A DNA stretch of 64,000 nucleotides from the IMG/VR virus record IMGVR_UViG_2617271079_000001, positions 1 through 64,000 of that record; one strand, written 5' to 3'. The notes beneath the pieces were generated by a model. That model was not told the origin of the DNA and ran no database searches. It saw only the letters and a list, made by a program, of their open reading frames with translations. The stretch comes from a virus. Taxonomy: Duplodnaviria > Caudoviricetes. The translations under genes and the position numbers were made by a program. Of the stretch, positions 58,922-64,000 are shown in pieces (the stretch's first letter is position 1; each line of letters opens with the position of its first letter).

Positions 58922-59080
58922 TAATGCTTCCATAAGTAAAAATTTATGATTCTTTTTAATATTAGGTCAAGAAGAAGACACTTATAAGCATGTTTTGATG
59001 AGTACCATAAGCTACAATAACCATCAAATCTATATTGAACGTAATAGATATTGAAATCTAAAATGAATAGGAGATAAAAT

Positions 59081-60670
59081 ATGATATTAAAATTAGAAGG
59101 TTATGATGGTACATTCAGGGTTGAGGTTAAAGTAGATTATATAAATAATATAATACATGTCCTAGATTTATGGGATCCTAATTCTACATCATTGATTAAT
59201 GGAATTGATCTTAATGAAAACCAACAGAGAATTCTAAACCTCGTTGATATAGATAAGGTGGGGGATCCTGGTTATTGGAGATGGTATATTTATTCTCCGG
59301 GAAAAACAAATGCAGTTTATGATTTTAATAATGGAGAATTTAAAGAAGTTGATAGATACTTGTACGAAGGTTTCTTGGATAAAATAAAAAAGAATGGTTC
59401 ATCAACTTCAAACTATTTCATTGAAGAGATAGAAATAAAAGAATTTAGAAATATTAAAGATTTACATATAAAAATAGATTGTAACGAAAAGAAACACTTA
59501 ATTTTGACTGGGAAAAATGGAAGTGGGAAGACCTCGTTATTATTAGAGTTAAAAAATTATTTTAGGTCTTTTGAAGATGGTAACTTTAAATATCTTAAAA
59601 GTTGGATGGACTCATTACATAATACAAAAAATAGATTATTTGAGATTAGCGCTAATAATATTGAAAATTCAGAAAGTATATTGGTGGAAAAAGAGCAGTT
59701 GCAAAATCACATGAAATCATTAAATAATTCGTTGGATAGATACGGGAAACTTAAACCTGCATTTTCAGAGACATACGAATTATTGGATTCTTATGAAAAC
59801 GGAAATTTTATTATTGCATATTTTGACTCCAAAAGAACTACTAACATGGTTGTTCCTGATTCTATAAGGAAAATTAAATTAAATTTAAAGTATAATGCTG
59901 ATGATCGTCCAAGTAATATATTTATTCAGTATTTAGTAAATATGAAGGCAGAACAAGCATTTGCAAATCAATCTGATAATCAAGATTTAGTGAAAAAAAT
60001 TGATTATTGGTTTGAGAACTTAGAAAGAGCATTTAGCGAGCTTTTTGAAAGTGAAAATTTTAAGCTCGAGTTTGACTTTAAAGAAATGAATTTTTTCATT
60101 AAAGAAAAAAATAAGGCCAAATATTCTTTTGAGCATCTATCAGATGGCTATTCATCTGTAATTAGCATTGTATCTGATATTATGATGAGAATGGAAAACA
60201 AGGTAAATGCAAATGGTATATATAACCTTGAAGGAATAGTATTAATAGATGAATTAGAAACTCATTTACATGTCAGTTTACAGAAGAAAATATTCCCTTT
60301 TTTACTTGCAATATTTCCAAGAATTCAATTTATTGTCACTACTCATTCCCCGTTTGTATTAAGCTCTGCCGAGAATTCGGTAATCTATGATTTAGAGAAT
60401 AATTTACGTATAGAAGATTTAACACCTTATTCTTATGAAGGTATTGTGGAGGGTTACTTTGGAATTGATAAATACTCAAAATCCATAAAAGAAAAGATAG
60501 ACAGATATAAAACACTAATAAATAATTATGAAAACTTAACTGAAGAAGAAGAAGAAGAAGTAATATTAATAAAACGGTATATAAAACAAGTCCCAGATAA
60601 ATTTGCTCAAGAATTAAAACTGAAATTTTATGACCTTGAGCTATTAAGAAGGGAGAAAATGAAAAAATGA
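59081..60670 (+). CDS. Septu PtuA-like ABC/AAA ATPase with extra N-terminal domain
   Basis: TGKNGSGKTS, LSDGY, LIDELETHLH, TTHSPF. Confidence 0.8.
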   Translation: MILKLEGYDGTFRVEVKVDYINNIIHVLDLWDPNSTSLINGIDLNENQQRILNLVDIDKVGDPGYWRWYIYSPGKTNAVYDFNNGEFKEVDRYLYEGFLDKIKKNGSSTSNYFIEEIEIKEFRNIKDLHIKIDCNEKKHLILTGKNGSGKTSLLLELKNYFRSFEDGNFKYLKSWMDSLHNTKNRLFEISANNIENSESILVEKEQLQNHMKSLNNSLDRYGKLKPAFSETYELLDSYENGNFIIAYFDSKRTTNMVVPDSIRKIKLNLKYNADDRPSNIFIQYLVNMKAEQAFANQSDNQDLVKKIDYWFENLERAFSELFESENFKLEFDFKEMNFFIKEKNKAKYSFEHLSDGYSSVISIVSDIMMRMENKVNANGIYNLEGIVLIDELETHLHVSLQKKIFPFLLAIFPRIQFIVTTHSPFVLSSAENSVIYDLENNLRIEDLTPYSYEGIVEGYFGIDKYSKSIKEKIDRYKTLINNYENLTEEEEEEVILIKRYIKQVPDKFAQELKLKFYDLELLRREKMKK

Positions 60671-61371
60671 TATTCTATGAAAAATCTGTACCAGCTCCTG
60701 AGAGTTTAGAGGAAGAAAAGCAAAAAGCAAATGGTACATATTTAATGGAGGATGTTCTTGAACAATTAAAAAAAGATTTTAAAAATAAATGTTATATATG
60801 TGAAAACAATGAACTTACTTCAATAAATGTCGAGCATTTAGTATCCCATCAAGGAGATTTAGAGAAAAAATTCTCTTGGGAAAACTTATTTTGGTCTTGT
60901 TCTCATTGTAATAATATTAAGCTCCAACACTATGATAATATATTGAATTGTACTTTAAGAGAAGATGAAGTAGAGGAAAGCATAAAGATTAAAATAGATC
61001 CTTATCCTAAATCGAAAGTACAAGTAGTTGCAATGAAGAATGACCAAAGAGTGGAAAAAACAGTTGAATTACTAAACAAGGTTTATAATGGTACTACGAT
61101 ATTAAAAACTGAAGAGGCTGAAACAATAAGAAAGAAACTATTAGATGAAATAAGGGATTTTCAATCATTACTTTTTGATTATGATGAATTAGATAAAGAA
61201 GATGAAATGGAACGTAGGGAGATTCATCATTATAAAAATCTTATAAGAAAACACTTAAAAAGTAATTCAGCATACACCGGCTTTAAAAGATGGATAATAA
61301 GAGAAATTCCAGAATTAAGCGATGAATTTGGTCATCTGTTTATGGAATCTAATAATACCCAAGTAAAATAA
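60667..61371 (+). CDS. Septu PtuB-like HNH nuclease
   Basis: CYICE..VEHL..WENLFWSCSHCNNIK; ATGA overlap with the ATPase. Confidence 0.8.
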   Translation: MIFYEKSVPAPESLEEEKQKANGTYLMEDVLEQLKKDFKNKCYICENNELTSINVEHLVSHQGDLEKKFSWENLFWSCSHCNNIKLQHYDNILNCTLREDEVEESIKIKIDPYPKSKVQVVAMKNDQRVEKTVELLNKVYNGTTILKTEEAETIRKKLLDEIRDFQSLLFDYDELDKEDEMERREIHHYKNLIRKHLKSNSAYTGFKRWIIREIPELSDEFGHLFMESNNTQVK

Positions 61372-61585
61372 AAACCCTTCAAGGGTTTTTATTTTAAATA
61401 TCTCTTTGTTTTTTTAAAACCGCATACTCTAAAAACATCTTAAATTTTGGGTTAATCTATTCTAGTTTGAAACTGCAATAAATAATTACCAGTAGTTTTA
61501 CTCCAAAACACAAATAAATATAATTACAAGTAACAGCAGCTTTCAAAATATGAATAATATGAAACTATTATAGGAGCCTCTTAAA

Positions 61586-62539
61586 ATGCAAAAGAAAATG
61601 AACTACTTAATAATCCTTATAGCCACCATCTTAATGGTGGGTTGTGCCGACGTTGAAAATGTATCTACTACTAAGGAAAAAACAGACCAAGAAGTACCCG
61701 CAGCAAATACAAATGAAAATAGTGAGAAAGCAGAACCTAACACTGTTGATGAAGAACCTGTAACAGAAGAGCAAGCACCAGAAGAAACATTAATTGAAAC
61801 AAATGATGAATTGTTCCAGGGATACAAACTTATCGAAGTTGATGGTGGTGATTTGTCGGGAAATCGTGAACCAAACGTCGTAGTCGACATTGGTTTTGAG
61901 GATCGTGAGTATTGGGCGTTTACGAATGAATACGGTCAACTAGTCCGTGTCATTGCTGACGAAATCATTATACAAGATGACAGTAAGGAACCTGTATTAT
62001 CGTCTGGCAGATACTACTCAGATGAGGCAAAAGTTCCTGGTGTCGAAAGTGACACTTTAGATGAAGGACATATCATTGCTGATTCTCTCGGAGGGGTATC
62101 GAATGCTTACAATATCACTCCCCAAGAAAGTACGCTTAACCGACATGGTGATCAAGCTTATATGGAGGACGTAATCCGTAAAGCTGGAGGAGTCACTAAT
62201 TTTGAAGCAATTATCACATATCCAGATACGGACACACAAATCCCTTCAAGTTACCAGTATACCTATACTTTAAAGGGTGAAGAGGTGGTTGATTTCTTTG
62301 ATAACATGAACCCTGATGAAGTAAACGAGTCCCTCGGTTTAACTGAAAGTGAGGCTTCGGATTCACCTTCAACTAGTTCAGACACAAACGGCGATATTTC
62401 AAGTGTTGATACAAACGGTAATGGCCAGGTGACTATTAAAGAAGCAGAAGATGCAGGTTTTAGTATGCCAATAATGAGTGATCATTGGTTATATCCTTAT
62501 ATGCGTGATAATGATGGAGATGGGATGGTAGGGGAGTAA
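61586..62539 (+). CDS. lipoprotein DNA/RNA non-specific endonuclease with Ca-binding C-terminus
   Basis: Lipobox MVG-C; DEGHIIADSLGG..NITPQ..LNR; DTNGNGQ and DNDGDG loops. Confidence 0.82.
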   Translation: MQKKMNYLIILIATILMVGCADVENVSTTKEKTDQEVPAANTNENSEKAEPNTVDEEPVTEEQAPEETLIETNDELFQGYKLIEVDGGDLSGNREPNVVVDIGFEDREYWAFTNEYGQLVRVIADEIIIQDDSKEPVLSSGRYYSDEAKVPGVESDTLDEGHIIADSLGGVSNAYNITPQESTLNRHGDQAYMEDVIRKAGGVTNFEAIITYPDTDTQIPSSYQYTYTLKGEEVVDFFDNMNPDEVNESLGLTESEASDSPSTSSDTNGDISSVDTNGNGQVTIKEAEDAGFSMPIMSDHWLYPYMRDNDGDGMVGE

Positions 62540-62698
62540 CCCTCTAGTACTTTGAGTCAAGAGTAATCGGCCGAAAAACATCAATGATTGTATAACAAGT
62601 TACTACACGACATTTATTTTGCAATTATCGTTTTACTTAGGAAGTGAATGCAATTTATTAGTTATAAATATAAATTATTTTGAAAGCGAGGAATAAAT

Positions 62699-63760
62699 TT
62701 GAGTAATGATTTTCGTTTTGATAGTAACATTCATGGAATTCAGGTTAATAACGTAAAACAAGAAAATGGTACAAATGCAGCCATAGCTTCATTAAGGCTT
62801 GCTTTGAAGAATTATTTTAGTACATATCAATTTAGTGAACGGATTACTATCCAAGATAACATTGAAGCAGCAACAGAGAGACATTTAGCCAGTTTATTGT
62901 CCTATCAAGAAAAATACTTACAAACGATATTTCACTTTCACCATTTTATAGAGTTACTGATTAAAGATGAATTACGCCTAATAAATCCGATATTAGCTGT
63001 TAAATTAGATACTGATAACGGCAGGAATATTATGAATCTCATTAAAAACAAAACAAATAGTGGTAGCATTGGTAATAGAACTGTTGAGTTTATGGTAGCC
63101 CTGAAAAGATTGTATTCATTAGCGGATTCAGAATGCAAAATAGGAGAAATCATAAAAAAACATAAAAGAGGGCTTACTGATTTAAATACCCTACGTAATA
63201 GAGCTTGGCATAGAGGTACTTTCGTTTTACTTTATAGAGAATTAGATAGGTTTATAGGGACTAATATTTTACCATGTATCATTGAATGTATGGAGTATTC
63301 AATATACAAAGGTTCAGAGAGATTCTGGAAATACAAATCCCCTAAAATTGATATAGACCCAATTAAGAAAATCATTGAAGCCACAAAAAAACCCGAAATA
63401 AACTATTCAGAAGTTGCTTTCTATAAAGCCATAGGCTTAGCCTCTTATGATATTCCATTAGAATTTGGAACTATTGGGAAAAGATATATGCAGCCTTCCG
63501 AAAAGAAAGCTAAAGCTCTTTTAGGGAGTGGAAGTGATGCTGACGAGGTTTTAGAATGTTTTGTTTGCGGTAAACAATCGCTTGTCAGTTATAGAGAAGA
63601 CGATTGGGATCATGATGAACAAGGTCAACCTATTAATGGTTGGTGGAGAATTTATGAAGTTGAGTGTCAAGAATGTCATTTAAGGCTGGATAGACACATT
63701 GGTAACCCCAAAAAATACGGTGTTGAAATTCCTGACCTATGGTTAGGAGAAGAGTACTAA
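62699..63760 (+). CDS. putative HEPN-domain protein with C-terminal Zn ribbon
   Basis: ELLIK helix, RNRAWH (RxxxxH), CFVC...CQEC. Confidence 0.6.
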   Translation: MSNDFRFDSNIHGIQVNNVKQENGTNAAIASLRLALKNYFSTYQFSERITIQDNIEAATERHLASLLSYQEKYLQTIFHFHHFIELLIKDELRLINPILAVKLDTDNGRNIMNLIKNKTNSGSIGNRTVEFMVALKRLYSLADSECKIGEIIKKHKRGLTDLNTLRNRAWHRGTFVLLYRELDRFIGTNILPCIIECMEYSIYKGSERFWKYKSPKIDIDPIKKIIEATKKPEINYSEVAFYKAIGLASYDIPLEFGTIGKRYMQPSEKKAKALLGSGSDADEVLECFVCGKQSLVSYREDDWDHDEQGQPINGWWRIYEVECQECHLRLDRHIGNPKKYGVEIPDLWLGEEY

Positions 63761-63864
63761 GGTTACTTCTTTAATTAATCAGAGAGTCAAATTGGTTGTA
63801 CTCTAAGTCTTTTGGTTTGAATTTTGTGTACGTATCTCCTCCACAAATGGGGCTTTAGGGATTC

Positions 63865-63898
63865 AAAAAAGCTCAGAGAAAACTCTCTGAGCTTTTTT
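63865..63898. terminator. bidirectional terminator
   Basis: AAAAAAGCTCAGAGA-AAAC-TCTCTGAGCTTTTTT. Confidence 0.8.
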
Positions 63899-63907
63899 GT
63901 ACAAAAT

Positions 63908-64000
63908 TTAATTATCTTTATTCCTCTGCTTTGCCTGAAACACCACATATTCAAAATGCTTCTTAATTTCCTCTATATCTTCCTGGGAAAGATCCTTCCA
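63908..64000 (-). CDS. C-terminus of probable XRE/ImmR-like repressor (partial)
   Basis: WKDLSQEDIEEIKKHFEYVVFQAKQRNKDN*; same strand as int and immA; only 30 codons visible. Confidence 0.5.
   Translation of the reverse strand, partial: WKDLSQEDIEEIKKHFEYVVFQAKQRNKDN

Larger units (their letters stand above)
53967..64000. mobile_element. second element (prophage-like, serine integrase) inserted in comGA; continues past window
   Basis: comGA breaks after TGH; AT-rich DNA; int-immA-cargo-repressor layout. Confidence 0.8.

Noticed and set aside
59081-61371. Retron (Ec78-type) system
   Set aside because: No reverse transcriptase motifs or msr/msd-like structure seen in the window
1-64000. tRNA/rRNA genes, IS elements, introns, diversity-generating retroelement
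   Set aside because: No cloverleaf, transposase, reverse transcriptase or template/variable repeat pair recognised by eye; a covariance search was not possible

Overview
Bacillaceae-type chromosomal window. A cupin gene and the 5' part of the competence ATPase gene comGA are followed by an apparently complete ~52.5 kb siphovirus-type prophage integrated inside comGA (tyrosine integrase; attL 1434-1451, attR 53888-53905). After attR the comGA frame resumes for only ~26 codons ([11 protein letters not shown]...SLTGH), then breaks again at ~53967. The second break marks a second element: serine integrase, LexA-boxed ImmA, and a probable repressor C-terminus at the window edge. It carries ~7 kb of defence-like cargo: an unknown protein, an McrA-like HNH, a Septu-like ATPase/HNH pair, a surface DNase lipoprotein and a HEPN-Zn protein. 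The most unusual region is 48.1-53.1 kb, after the first prophage's lysis genes. It is an operon of an RHH-like regulator, a VirB2/TrbC pilin-like protein, a membrane-anchored M23 peptidase, a small membrane protein and a large HerA/FtsK/VirD4-like ATPase, with no relaxase. It is preceded by sigmaE/G-like promoter motifs and a putative ~60-nt sRNA, and opposed by an unannotated 21-aa membrane peptide behind a consensus sigmaF promoter. With the phage-borne yyaC, abrB and a sigmaH-driven moron, this suggests a sporulation-coupled envelope/translocation system (inference). All family calls come from motif recognition by eye; no database search was run.
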